From: an uncultured Patescibacteria group bacterium
GTDB lineage: Bacteria; Patescibacteriota; Patescibacteriia; UBA2591; CALHIP01
Direction of reading: 5' to 3'
DNA length: 64,000 bases
Assembly: GCA_938030745.1 (NCBI GenBank)
Contig: CALHIP010000001.1
Coordinates: 3,817-67,816, forward strand
Part shown: positions 10,538-21,626 of the stretch, in pieces
How positions within the stretch are numbered: position 1 is the first letter of the stretch
How the letters are laid out: every line of letters starts with the position of its first letter
Translations under genes and position numbers: made by a program
Notes under the pieces: model-generated
The model's database searches: none
Told to the model about the DNA's origin: nothing
Seen by the model: only the letters and a program-made list of their open reading frames with translations

Positions 10538-10622
10538 TTATTTTAATTTTTTAACTACTCCCTTATTTGCATCAACTTCAACCAAATCTCCATCTTTTAG
10601 GACTTTTGTAGCAATTTTTGTA
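10538..10622 (-). pseudogene. Orphan 3' tail of a phospho-His domain gene
   Basis: Encodes TKIATKVLKDGDLVEVDANKGVVKKLK*; 10569-10622 matches 5293-5346 at 53/54 nt and 10541-10576 is identical to 6830-6865. Confidence 0.85.
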
Positions 10623-10637
10623 AAGATTTTTAAAAAG

Positions 10638-11579
10638 CTATAACGTAGTGATCGGTCTTGACTGAACGATGTAGAATTTCTTTTTTTCATAAGCCCACTC
10701 AATATCGCAAGGAAAACCATAATGATCTTCAATTTCTTGACAGATCTTTGCTAACTCTAAAATTTTTTGATTTGGTAAACATTGTTTACTGGCAATCTTT
10801 TTTGGTACTTTAACAATCTTTGTTTTAGCGCCAACCCTAATTATTTTTGTTCTTTGCTCATTAATATTAATATCTATAATTTTCGGCTCTTTCCCTTTTT
10901 CTATAACATAAGTATCAGGAGTAACTTGACCAGAAACAACTGATTCACCCAATCCCCAACTTGCTTCAATAACCATCTGAGTTTGGTCACGAGTAACTGG
11001 ATGAACGGTAAAAGCTACACCAGCTACCTCTGATTCAACCATTTTTTGGACAACAACCGCCACTGAAACTTGTTTGCCATGCAATTTTTTTTCAATCCGA
11101 TAAAAAATTGCTCTTGGTGTAAAAAGTGATGACCAACATTTTTTAACTGTTTCAACAACCTTTTTTCGATCAACTCCTAAATAACTTTCTAATTCACCAG
11201 CCCAGGAAGCAACTCTTGAATCTTCAGCGGTAGCAGACGAACGAACAGCTACATACTTAGCGGATAGTTTATCAAAAGCAGATAAAATTTCTTTTTGAAT
11301 ATCTTTTGGTACTTCATATTGACTAATTATTCCCCTTAAAAATTTTGAAACTTTTTCTACGGTAGAAACTTTTTTAGGATTAACCTTCTTTAGTTGAGCA
11401 TCAATTTCAACATCGATATGATAATTTCTAATAAAATCTTCAAAAGCTTGACTTAAAACAACAAAACCTGGTGGAACAGGAATACCAACTTTAGTCATTT
11501 CTCCCAAAGAAGCTCCTTTCCCACCGGCAATTTTTATATCTTTCATATCCAATTCCTCAAATTTTTTTATAAATTTCAT
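10638..11579 (-). CDS. Stand-alone ATP-grasp nucleotide-binding domain of PEP synthase/PPDK family (phenylphosphate synthase beta-like architecture)
   Basis: GGKGASLGEM, VPPGFVV, VAVRSSATAEDS..ASWAG, AVVVQKMV, EASWGLGESVVSG.VTPD, DIEWA, QSRPITTL*; lacks His and PEP-binding domains. Confidence 0.92.
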   Translation of the reverse strand: MKFIKKFEELDMKDIKIAGGKGASLGEMTKVGIPVPPGFVVLSQAFEDFIRNYHIDVEIDAQLKKVNPKKVSTVEKVSKFLRGIISQYEVPKDIQKEILSAFDKLSAKYVAVRSSATAEDSRVASWAGELESYLGVDRKKVVETVKKCWSSLFTPRAIFYRIEKKLHGKQVSVAVVVQKMVESEVAGVAFTVHPVTRDQTQMVIEASWGLGESVVSGQVTPDTYVIEKGKEPKIIDININEQRTKIIRVGAKTKIVKVPKKIASKQCLPNQKILELAKICQEIEDHYGFPCDIEWAYEKKKFYIVQSRPITTL

Positions 11580-12011
11580 AGTTTAAATTTAATTATTTTC
11601 GGCAAAATTTTTTTCTTTAATCTAGCAATCAATTATTTATTAAGATTTAATTCTAGTAAGGGTTTGACTGATTTAATCAAAATTTTTAAATCATTATTTA
11701 GAGATTTTAGATCATATCTCGACAATTTCCCGATACTTCTGCCAATTAATCAAATCATTTTTCAATAAGGTACAATAAACCCTTCTCGACTTTTTGGTAT
11801 ATTTTTTAATTTTTTCTACTGAATGAAAATTTATGAAAATAATTTTTCTCTAAGGGTTACTAAAAATCTTTAGCATACCATTCAGTTAAATTCCAAAGAT
11901 CAATATAAAAATGTTTAAAAACTTTTTCTCCATCAATAACTTAAAAACCCTTCTTCTCACCTCTATAGCTACTGTTTGGCGAGGAATTTTTGAGCTAATT
12001 CCTTATTTTCT

Positions 12012-12040
12012 ATTATATTCGAAACAAAATTCTCAGTCAA
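12012..12040 (-). promoter_or_regulatory. Sigma70 promoter upstream of ATP-grasp gene
   Basis: TTGACT-17 nt-TATAAT on minus strand. Confidence 0.65.
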
Positions 12041-12132
12041 GCTTTGATATTTTTCTTATTACAAATAAAAGTTGGTAGACAATTTTCCTAAAAAAGCAAA
12101 TATATATGTCGGCTTTTTGTATAGATCAAGAG

Positions 12133-13599
12133 TCATCTTTTTTTTATAATCTTCACCACTCCCTTATTCGCATCAACCTCAACCAAATCTCCATCTTTTA
12201 AAACTTCAGTGGCAATTTTTGTGCCAATAATACAGGGTTTGTTTAATTCTCTTGAGACAATGGAAGCATGGGAAGTTATACCTCCTTCATTAGTAACAAA
12301 AGCAGAGGCGCGTTTCATAATCGGAACAAAATCAACTGAAGTCATTGTTGTAACAATAATATCACCATCTTTAAATTTATGAAAATCTGAACTTCCTAGA
12401 ATAATTTTAGCGATTCCTTTCACTTTTCCTTTATTAGCAATCATACCTTTTATTTCTTTTACTTTGATTACTTTTTCTTTTTTAGGAATCACTATCTCTT
12501 TTAAAAATAATTTAACAATTTTTGGAGGAAGTAATCTAAAACCTTGTTTATTATTTGCATATTCTAAACCGGTAACCTTTCTCTTTGGTAAAACCTTTAA
12601 AACCTTTTTATCATTTTTGTAATATAATTTTTCAATCTCTGCTGGAGTTAATTTCCAAATCTCTTTCCATGATGATAAATTAAATTTATGAGCAATTTCT
12701 TGAAAAAGGGGTCGATAGGCTAAACTGGCTCGAGAAAAAACATTTTTTCGCCACTCATTAAGGTATGTTCCTATTTGAAGGGATAAGGCAATCTGAAGAA
12801 TTCTTGGATTATTGATTTTCTTTAAAATTTTATTTCGTTCTTTAATTTTTATTTGATGTGATTTTAGTAAAATTTTTATCTCTTTTTGACAATTAATTTT
12901 AAGAATTTCTTTAATTTGAGAAAAAATATCATCAATACTCCATGGCTCTTCATTGAAATTTACTGGGATATGACTATATTTTCTTCTATAAAGTTCAACC
13001 ATTTCATTAATTTTTTCATTTTCTTTAAAATTCTTGATCTCATTTTCTTGAATATATCTACCAATTTTGAGTAAAGAAAGTTGAGAATTAAAAAGAGGCG
13101 TGCGTTCTTTGGGATAAGTAATTTTACTTGCTATAAATTCAATCTCTTGTTTATTTTTTAAAGGATAGAGTTTTGCAAGTTCTTCAATTAAGAGTTCGTG
13201 CATTATTCTTCCTAGAGTAGCAGTTAAGGGTAAAGAAGGTGTAAATTTTTCGTATGCTTCTATAAATTCACGATAAGTTTTTAAAGAAAAATCTTTCTCA
13301 ATTTTTTTAGATGCTTCAAGTAATTTATTACCATAATTTTTATATATTTTTTTGAGACTTTTTATTCTAGGTGAAAGACAAAGTTGAGTAACGCTATTTC
13401 CAAAATTTCTCAATATTTCTTCATTGTTAAAAATTGTTGTCCGAGTACCATTTTCAGTAATAATTGGAATTTGATAGCGAGGGGAAACGCCGAAATTTTT
13501 TGCATATCTAACAACACCCATTGTCTCACAACAATCATGAAAAAATGACATATTCCGAGTGACAAAAACTTCCCAATTTTTGTTTTTATATCTAATCAT
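12133..13599 (-). CDS. Variable N-terminal domain + phospho-His domain protein, paralogue 5
   Basis: GDIIVTTMTS...TNEGGITSHASIVSRELNKPCIIGTKIATEVLKDGDLVEVDANKG. Confidence 0.88.
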   Translation of the reverse strand: MIRYKNKNWEVFVTRNMSFFHDCCETMGVVRYAKNFGVSPRYQIPIITENGTRTTIFNNEEILRNFGNSVTQLCLSPRIKSLKKIYKNYGNKLLEASKKIEKDFSLKTYREFIEAYEKFTPSLPLTATLGRIMHELLIEELAKLYPLKNKQEIEFIASKITYPKERTPLFNSQLSLLKIGRYIQENEIKNFKENEKINEMVELYRRKYSHIPVNFNEEPWSIDDIFSQIKEILKINCQKEIKILLKSHQIKIKERNKILKKINNPRILQIALSLQIGTYLNEWRKNVFSRASLAYRPLFQEIAHKFNLSSWKEIWKLTPAEIEKLYYKNDKKVLKVLPKRKVTGLEYANNKQGFRLLPPKIVKLFLKEIVIPKKEKVIKVKEIKGMIANKGKVKGIAKIILGSSDFHKFKDGDIIVTTMTSVDFVPIMKRASAFVTNEGGITSHASIVSRELNKPCIIGTKIATEVLKDGDLVEVDANKGVVKIIKKR

Positions 13600-14360
13600 A
13601 AGGTTGCAATTGATCGGCTTTGAACTATGTAAAGCTTATTCTTTTCCAAGGCCAATTCGATGTCTTAAGGTAATTTATAATGTTTTTCTATTTTTTCACA
13701 CAAATTAGACGATTCTAAGATTTTTTCATTACTTAAGACCTGTTTTGGTTGAAGTTTTAGTACCGCTAATGTCTTTGTTGTATCGACAAATTCTCTTAAT
13801 CATTGTTTTCTAGATGTTAACATTAATATCAATAATTTTGTTTTTTTTATCAACCACGTAAGTATCTGGCGTTACCTTACCTGCTACCACATTCTCTTCT
13901 AACTCACGGTTTGCCTCAATCACAAGTTGGTTCTTATCTTTGGTTACTGAAACTACGCCAGCAACTTCGCTTTCAATCAGTTTTTGAACTAATACTGCCA
14001 CTTCACCGGCCCAGGAAGCTAATTTTGAATCTTCAGCTGTGGCCGAGCTTCTTACTACCACATACCTTGCCTTTAATTGATCAAATCATTCCAAAATTTC
14101 TTTCTTTATATTTTTGCTGCTAAAATAAGATTTCTGATCAGTTTAGAAGTCATTTCTACTGTCGCAATTTCTTTTGGATTAACTTTCTTTATTAAGGCAT
14201 CAATCTCAACATTAATATCACTTTCTTTCAAAAACTTGACTTAAAACAACAAAACCTGGTGGAACAGGAATACCAACTTTAGTCATTTCTCCCAAAGAAG
14301 CTCCTTTCCCACCAGCAATTTTTATGTCCTTTTTTGTCAACTCTTCAAATTTTTTAAATT
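13596..14360 (-). pseudogene. Decayed second copy of stand-alone ATP-grasp gene
   Basis: Fragments AGGKGASLGEMTKVGIPVPPGFVVLSQ, VVRSSATAEDSKLASWAGE, VTPDTYVV, HYKLP*DIELA, YIVQSRSIATL*; has deletions and stops; its TGA overlaps the ATG of paralogue 5. Confidence 0.88.
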
Positions 14361-14368
14361 TTTAAAAA

Positions 14369-14968
14369 TTAAAGAATAATAACTTGAGAAATATTACCCA
14401 CCAATTCTTTGAATTTTTCTGGATCACCTGAAATTTCGGAAAAAGTGCCGTAGTGCATGGGGATGACTTTTTTTGGTTTAATCATTTTAACTGCTTCAGC
14501 AGCCTCTTCTTCATTCATTGTATAAGTGCCACCGATCGGTAAAAGAGCTAAATCAATTTCACCTAATTCAGCCATCTCTTTAATTTTGTCAGTATCACCG
14601 GCATGATAAATTTTTTTACCAGAAATTTCTAAAACGAAACCAACACCTTTACCTTTCGGATGAAATGGCTTAGCCAAATTATAGGCTGGAACAGCTTTTA
14701 TCTTTATTCCATTGACTTCTTTTTCTTCACCTTCTTTGATATTTTCACCACCTACTAAAACTTCAGTTTCTGTTTTTGAAAGAATCTCAATTGACTTCTC
14801 ATCTTTATGATCGAAATGATCGTGAGTAACCAAAATCAAATCTGCTTTCTCGCCAAAAGAGAGATTATAAGGATCAACATAAATGACTATTTGTGGAGTT
14901 TTAATCTTAAAACTTGCATGACCTAACCAGGAAATTTCCAAATTGTCTAAATTAATTGTTTTAGCCAT
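14369..14968 (-). CDS. Metallo-beta-lactamase fold hydrolase
   Basis: WLGHASF, THDHFDH, YHAGDT, LPIGG, IPMHY. Confidence 0.9.
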   Translation of the reverse strand: MAKTINLDNLEISWLGHASFKIKTPQIVIYVDPYNLSFGEKADLILVTHDHFDHKDEKSIEILSKTETEVLVGGENIKEGEEKEVNGIKIKAVPAYNLAKPFHPKGKGVGFVLEISGKKIYHAGDTDKIKEMAELGEIDLALLPIGGTYTMNEEEAAEAVKMIKPKKVIPMHYGTFSEISGDPEKFKELVGNISQVIIL

Positions 14969-14992
14969 ATTTTAAAGATTTAATGAAAAATA

Positions 14993-15077
14993 CGGAGGGT
15001 GTGGGAATCGAACCCACAAACCCCTTTCGGGGTCCACGCTCTCCAGGCGTGTGCCTTACCATTCGGCGCAACCCTCC
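14993..15077 (-). tRNA. tRNA-Ser(GGA)
   Basis: Cloverleaf with long variable arm; anticodon arm cacgc-CTGGAGA-gcgtg; GTTCGATTC T-loop. Confidence 0.93.
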
Positions 15078-15193
15078 TTTTCTAATTATATTTTAATTAA
15101 ATTTTTAAAAAAATCAATTCTTTTTTATTTTCTGCCCTTCCATATTAATGTGTTAACACACTGAATGAGGATTTTTTTGCTCTAATAAAACAT

Positions 15194-15224
15194 AAAAAAA
15201 CGGTCCGGATTAAATTCCGGACCG
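15194..15224 (-). terminator. Rho-independent terminator
   Basis: cggtccgga/tccggaccg hairpin followed by T7 on minus strand, just after 67-aa ORF. Confidence 0.75.
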
Positions 15225-15238
15225 ACTAAAAATAATTG

Positions 15239-15442
15239 TTAACACCATCTTCTTAATTGAGGGTTGTTTAGATAGGTTTGGCCACGGCCACTTCCTCCTT
15301 TATTATTTTGCCTTAATTTCTTTTGCCTTAATTTCTTCTGAATTTTTCCCATCCATCTTCTATGTTGTCGTGAACGAGGATTAAATTTTTCTCCATATAT
15401 TTCTTCAAAAATTTCTAATTCTTCTTGTGTTGGTTTTTTCAT
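15239..15442 (-). CDS. Small basic hypothetical protein
   Basis: Strong SD AAGGAGG before ATG, terminator after stop. Confidence 0.6.
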   Translation of the reverse strand: MKKPTQEELEIFEEIYGEKFNPRSRQHRRWMGKIQKKLRQKKLRQNNKGGSGRGQTYLNNPQLRRWC

Positions 15443-15509
15443 TTCTTCCTCCTTTTTAATAATATTTTTGAATACTTTTTACCCCAAAAACGGGTAATTA
15501 TTTTAGGTT

Positions 15510-17909
15510 TTATCTCATAATTTCCTCCTTTTTATTTTTTTCTGTTTTTAAAACTTCAAGGGTGGTCTTTAACACTGTATCTGGATTTAAGGAAATTGAA
15601 TCAATTCCTTCTCTCACTAAAAATTTAGCAAAATCAGGAAAATCAGATGGTGCTTGACCACAAATACCAACTTTTCGGCCATATCGATGAGCAGTTTTAA
15701 TTAACTGACGAATAAGTTTTTTAATTGCCTCATTTCTTTCATCAAAAAGATGAGCCACCAGTTCTGAGTCACGATCAAGACCAAAAGTAAGTTGAGTTAA
15801 ATCATTTGAACCAATTGAAAAACCATCAAAAATTTTTGAAAATTCTTCAGCTAAAATAATATTTGAAGGAATCTCTGCCATCACATAAATTCGAAGCGGT
15901 CTTAAATTTTTTATTTTTTTTCTTAAGCCAAATGAATCAATAATTTTAATTACCATTTTTCCTTCTTCTGGTGTCCGGCAAAATGGGATCATCACTATCA
16001 CATTATCTAAGCCAAAAACTTCGCGAACTTTTTTAATAGCCAAACATTCCAACCCAAATGCTTCTTTAAACTTTTCATCATAATATCTCGAAGCACCGCG
16101 CCAACCAATCATTGGATTTGCCTCTTTTGGTTCATATTGGCTACCGCCAATTAAATTAGCATACTCATTGGTTTTAAAATCGGAAAATCGAACAATTACA
16201 TCTTTAGGATAAAAAGCAGAAGCAATTTTGCCAATACCTTCAGCCAATTTGTCAACAAAAAATTGTTTTTTATCTTGATAACCAAAAGTTAATCTATCAA
16301 TTTGTTTTTTTATCTCCTTTGGTTGTTTTTTATAATTAATTAAAGCTAAAGGATGGATTTTGATTTGATTAGCAATGATAAATTCCTCGCGGGCTAAACC
16401 AACTCCATCATTTGGAATAAAAGAAAGAGAAAAAGCCTGATCTGGTTCACCTAAATTCATCATTATTTTCGTTTTTGGTCTTTTAAACTTAGCTAAATCT
16501 ATCTTTTTGATCTTAAATGGAAGAATCCCTTGATAAACAAAACCTTTTTCACCTTCGGCACAAGAAACAGTTACTTCTTGGCCATTTTTTAAAACTTTCG
16601 TTGCTTTCATTGTTCCTACTACACATGGAACACCAATTTCACGGGAAACAATTGCAGCATGAGAAGTCCTTCCTCCAGTATCGGTAATAATTGCTGAAGC
16701 TATTCTCATAATTGGTTCAAAATCAGGGTTGGTTGTTTGAGCAACTAAGACTTCTTTTTCTTTAAAATTGACAAGGTCTTTTATCCTTTTTATTACCCGA
16801 ACTCTTCCTTGGCCAATTTTTGAACCAATAGCTAAACCTTCAAGTAATACCTTCCCTTTTTTCTTTAAAATATATTCTTCTAAAAAATCAATTTTTTTTC
16901 TTGAAACAACTGTTTCTGGTCTAGCTTGCAAAATATAAAGTTTTTTATCTTTACCATCTTTTGCCCATTCAATATCCATTGGCCGTTTATAATGATCTTC
17001 AATTAAGCAAGACCAGCGAGCAAGAGTTAAAATTTCATCTTCTGTTAAAGCAAATTTCCTTTGTTCTTTTTTAAAAACAGGAACATTTTTTGTCCCTTCT
17101 TTTTTATCATAAATTAATTTTTTTTCTTTTTTTCCTATTCTTTTCTCAATGATTGGTCTAAATCCTTTTTTTAAAGTTTTTTCAAAAACATAGTATTGAT
17201 CAGGTTCAACTCTTCCTTTAACCACATTTTCTCCAAGACCATAGGAAGCGTTAATCAAAACAACATCAGCAAAACCAGTTTCGGTATCGCAAGAAAACAT
17301 TACTCCAGAAGAAGCTAGATCAGAACGAACCATCTTTTGAATACCAACTGATAAGGCAACTTTTAAATGATCAAAACCCATATTTTCTCGATAGGAAATA
17401 GCGCGATCAGTAAAAAGAGATGCTAAACACTTTTTAACGGCCGTCAAAAGTTGACTATCTCCTTTGACATTTAAAAATGATTCTTGTTGGCCAGCAAAAC
17501 TTGCCCTTGGTAAATCTTCAGCAGTAGCTGATGAGCGGACCGCTACATCTAAATTTTTTGTTTTATATTTATAAGATAATTTTCGATAAGCTTTAATTAC
17601 TTCTTTTTCTAAATCTTTTGGCAATTCTGTTTTTAAAATTAGATCTCGAATCTGTTTTGATTTTTCTTTTAACTCTTTTATATTTTTAACATTTAAATTT
17701 TTTAAAATTTCTTTAATTTTTTTCTTTAAACCGGTTTTCTCTAAAAATTGCCAATAAAAAAAAGAGGTGGTAGCAAAACCATCGGGAATATTAATTTTTT
17801 TTCCTAAAGCCTTGATCATTTCACCTAAAGAAGCATTCTTTCCGCCAACTAGAGGAACATCTTTAATACTTATCTCTTTAAACCAACAGATCAATTTTTT
17901 CATAATCAA
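15510..17909 (-). CDS. ppsA: Phosphoenolpyruvate synthase (pyruvate, water dikinase)
   Basis: Full three-domain enzyme: GGKNASLGEM, TGGRTSHAAIVSRE, EANPMIGWRGASRY, FSIGSNDLTQL, GICGQAPSD. Confidence 0.96.
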   Translation of the reverse strand: MIMKKLICWFKEISIKDVPLVGGKNASLGEMIKALGKKINIPDGFATTSFFYWQFLEKTGLKKKIKEILKNLNVKNIKELKEKSKQIRDLILKTELPKDLEKEVIKAYRKLSYKYKTKNLDVAVRSSATAEDLPRASFAGQQESFLNVKGDSQLLTAVKKCLASLFTDRAISYRENMGFDHLKVALSVGIQKMVRSDLASSGVMFSCDTETGFADVVLINASYGLGENVVKGRVEPDQYYVFEKTLKKGFRPIIEKRIGKKEKKLIYDKKEGTKNVPVFKKEQRKFALTEDEILTLARWSCLIEDHYKRPMDIEWAKDGKDKKLYILQARPETVVSRKKIDFLEEYILKKKGKVLLEGLAIGSKIGQGRVRVIKRIKDLVNFKEKEVLVAQTTNPDFEPIMRIASAIITDTGGRTSHAAIVSREIGVPCVVGTMKATKVLKNGQEVTVSCAEGEKGFVYQGILPFKIKKIDLAKFKRPKTKIMMNLGEPDQAFSLSFIPNDGVGLAREEFIIANQIKIHPLALINYKKQPKEIKKQIDRLTFGYQDKKQFFVDKLAEGIGKIASAFYPKDVIVRFSDFKTNEYANLIGGSQYEPKEANPMIGWRGASRYYDEKFKEAFGLECLAIKKVREVFGLDNVIVMIPFCRTPEEGKMVIKIIDSFGLRKKIKNLRPLRIYVMAEIPSNIILAEEFSKIFDGFSIGSNDLTQLTFGLDRDSELVAHLFDERNEAIKKLIRQLIKTAHRYGRKVGICGQAPSDFPDFAKFLVREGIDSISLNPDTVLKTTLEVLKTEKNKKEEIMR

Positions 17910-17942
17910 ATAATTTTAAAAAAAATTCTTCTCTTCTTTTTA

Positions 17943-18287
17943 TTAACTCTTTAACTTTTCTGTATATCTACCAAGCCAGGGCATTGTCCAACGCTTACCT
18001 TTTAAACCCATGATCATTCCTTTAATTGAAAAGAGAGTACAAATAACAAAAAGAATGATACCAATAATTTGACCAATGATTGGAATAGCAGAGATTAAAA
18101 CAGCAATAATTTCAGTCACAAAAAGAACAACTCCTTGTTTAGCATGAAAATAAATAAAAGCATTTCTTCTTTTTAAAAAATAAGGAACAAAAGCAAAGAC
18201 CCAGATATAAGCAGGAACCGTCCACAAGCGGGAAGCAAAATTAATTTTTTCTGTTTCTCCCTCTTTGAGGGCCTCTTCTTTCTCCAT
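17943..18287 (-). CDS. DUF4870-like small membrane protein
   Basis: FHAKQG motif, hydrophobic IPIIG segment, C-terminal MPWLG. Confidence 0.7.
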   Translation of the reverse strand: MEKEEALKEGETEKINFASRLWTVPAYIWVFAFVPYFLKRRNAFIYFHAKQGVVLFVTEIIAVLISAIPIIGQIIGIILFVICTLFSIKGMIMGLKGKRWTMPWLGRYTEKLKS

Positions 18288-18335
18288 AAAAATAAAATTA
18301 AATCTAATTTATTTATCCAAATTATTCTAGAAGAT

Positions 18336-19967
<1,632 letters not shown>

Positions 19968-19973
19968 TTAAAA

Positions 19974-20267
19974 TTATTCGATGATACCAATAATATCTGA
20001 TTCGTCAATCACTAGATATTCTTCTTTATTAATCTTTATTTCATCAGGTGAATATTTTTTAAAAATCACTTTATCGCCAACTTTAACACTCATTGGAGCT
20101 CGCTGACCATTTTCTAAAAGTTTTCCTGGTCCAACCGCAATAACTTCACCTTTCTCTGGTTTTTCTTTTTCAACTGTATCAGGTAAAACAATACCTGCTT
20201 TTGTTTTCTCATCTTCTCGGATAGGTTTGATAATTACTTTGTCGTTTAATGGTCTAAGTTTAACCAT
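19974..20267 (-). CDS. groS: Co-chaperonin GroES
   Basis: LRPLNDKV, GIVLPD, GEVIAVGPG; upstream of groEL. Confidence 0.97.
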   Translation of the reverse strand: MVKLRPLNDKVIIKPIREDEKTKAGIVLPDTVEKEKPEKGEVIAVGPGKLLENGQRAPMSVKVGDKVIFKKYSPDEIKINKEEYLVIDESDIIGIIE

Positions 20268-20309
20268 ACTTTTTGATTTTATTAATCCTTCAATATTTTA
20301 TTTATAATA

Positions 20310-21626
20310 TTATACCAAAATTTCTTTTTTATTTTTCCACAGAAACCCAACATTTAGCCAAAATAATAATATTCCAAAAGGAAGGGAGAAAAGCCAATGA
20401 TCAAACAAACCAATAATCAAAAGAGGAATAAAGAAGATAGAGCCAACAAGATTAGATTTAAAAAGAGAAGAAAACAAAATTAATAAAAATGAGATTAAAC
20501 CAATAACACCAATTTCTGCTAAAATAAGCAAATAAATATTAGCTACAGGTTGATAATTCCACCAAGCAAGATCTGGATATTTCTCAAAAAGAGCAAAAGT
20601 ATAATTGCCAATTCCAATACCAAAAAGAAAATTTTCTTTAACAATTTTTATCGCCCGATAAAAATTTAAAATTCTCTCATTAATTGATTTTTCTTCTAAT
20701 CTACCTTTTATCTTAATTCTGATCATTAAATCTTTAAAAGAAAAAATAAAGAAAACTAAGATGATAATGACAACTAAACTAAAAAATTTAAAAAATGATA
20801 ATCGGAGATAATTTAAATTTCTTTTAAAAAGAGATAAGCAAGAAAGAATAAAAGTAAAAAATAAAGAAACAAAAGCAGATCGAGAATAGGTTAGAAAAAG
20901 GGTTAATGTCATCAGACCGGTTACTCCTAAAAGAAAATATTTTTGCCAATTTTTTTTAATTAGAAAGTATAAAACAAAAGAAAGAAAGATCAGAAAAACC
21001 AAAAAGCCAGCTAAAATATTTGGATGAGGTAAAGAGCCATAAACTCGAAGCAATCTTCCATCAACTGTTTCAACAACTGAAACACCATTTTTTGAAGGAT
21101 CTTGAGAAGCTATTCCTAACCATTTTGAGGCAAAAACTTTTTGGTTTATAAACTGATAAATCCCTAAAAAACTCTGAATTAGGCCAGCGAAAACAAGAGA
21201 AAAACCAGCTTTAATAAAATCAAACTTAATTTTTTGCAGTAGAAAAAATAAAATTATTCCTTGAAAAATCCTTAACCACCAATAAAAAGCTAATTCCAAT
21301 TTTTTTGCCCAGAAAATGCTTAGAAAAGAGATAATCAAAAAAAACAAGATCAGAAATGATGTTTTCTTCAGCAGTAAAGATTTTTTAATATTGTTGATTG
21401 ATTTACCTTTCTTATAAAGATTAAGACAAAATAAAACTAATAATAAAATAAAAATAATATCTATAGTATACAACGAATATCTCCCCCATTCCAATTTTCC
21501 TTGATTTAAAATTAATCTTGTTTGCCAAGGTAATAGAAAAAGAAAAAAGTAGAAAGTCAACTCAATTATTTTCTCTAATTTTTTCATAAATTTTTTCTCG
21601 ATAGAATTCTCTTTTATCTTTGTCAT
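20310..21626 (-). CDS. O-antigen ligase (Wzy_C) family membrane protein
   Basis: Multi-TM; RVYGSLPHPNILAGFL, LTYSRSA, GIGIGNY, NIYLLILAEIG; true start may be downstream. Confidence 0.8.
   Translation of the reverse strand: MTKIKENSIEKKFMKKLEKIIELTFYFFLFLLPWQTRLILNQGKLEWGRYSLYTIDIIFILLLVLFCLNLYKKGKSINNIKKSLLLKKTSFLILFFLIISFLSIFWAKKLELAFYWWLRIFQGIILFFLLQKIKFDFIKAGFSLVFAGLIQSFLGIYQFINQKVFASKWLGIASQDPSKNGVSVVETVDGRLLRVYGSLPHPNILAGFLVFLIFLSFVLYFLIKKNWQKYFLLGVTGLMTLTLFLTYSRSAFVSLFFTFILSCLSLFKRNLNYLRLSFFKFFSLVVIIILVFFIFSFKDLMIRIKIKGRLEEKSINERILNFYRAIKIVKENFLFGIGIGNYTFALFEKYPDLAWWNYQPVANIYLLILAEIGVIGLISFLLILFSSLFKSNLVGSIFFIPLLIIGLFDHWLFSLPFGILLFWLNVGFLWKNKKEILV

Noticed and set aside
10538-10732. 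64-aa ORF as a real gene
   Set aside because: Its first half is an alternate frame of the ATP-grasp gene; only the last 27 codons are a His-domain remnant.
3620-13599. Diversity-generating retroelement or integron explanation for the repeated 3' ends
   Set aside because: No reverse transcriptase or integrase in the window, no adenine-specific mismatch pattern, no attC-like structure; the repeated part is conserved, not hypervariable.
13810-14061. 83-aa ORF as a functional protein
   Set aside because: Internal fragment of the ATP-grasp pseudogene with deletions.
14993-15509. Prophage or island integrated at tRNA-Ser(GGA)
   Set aside because: No integrase, phage genes or duplicated tRNA 3' end found.
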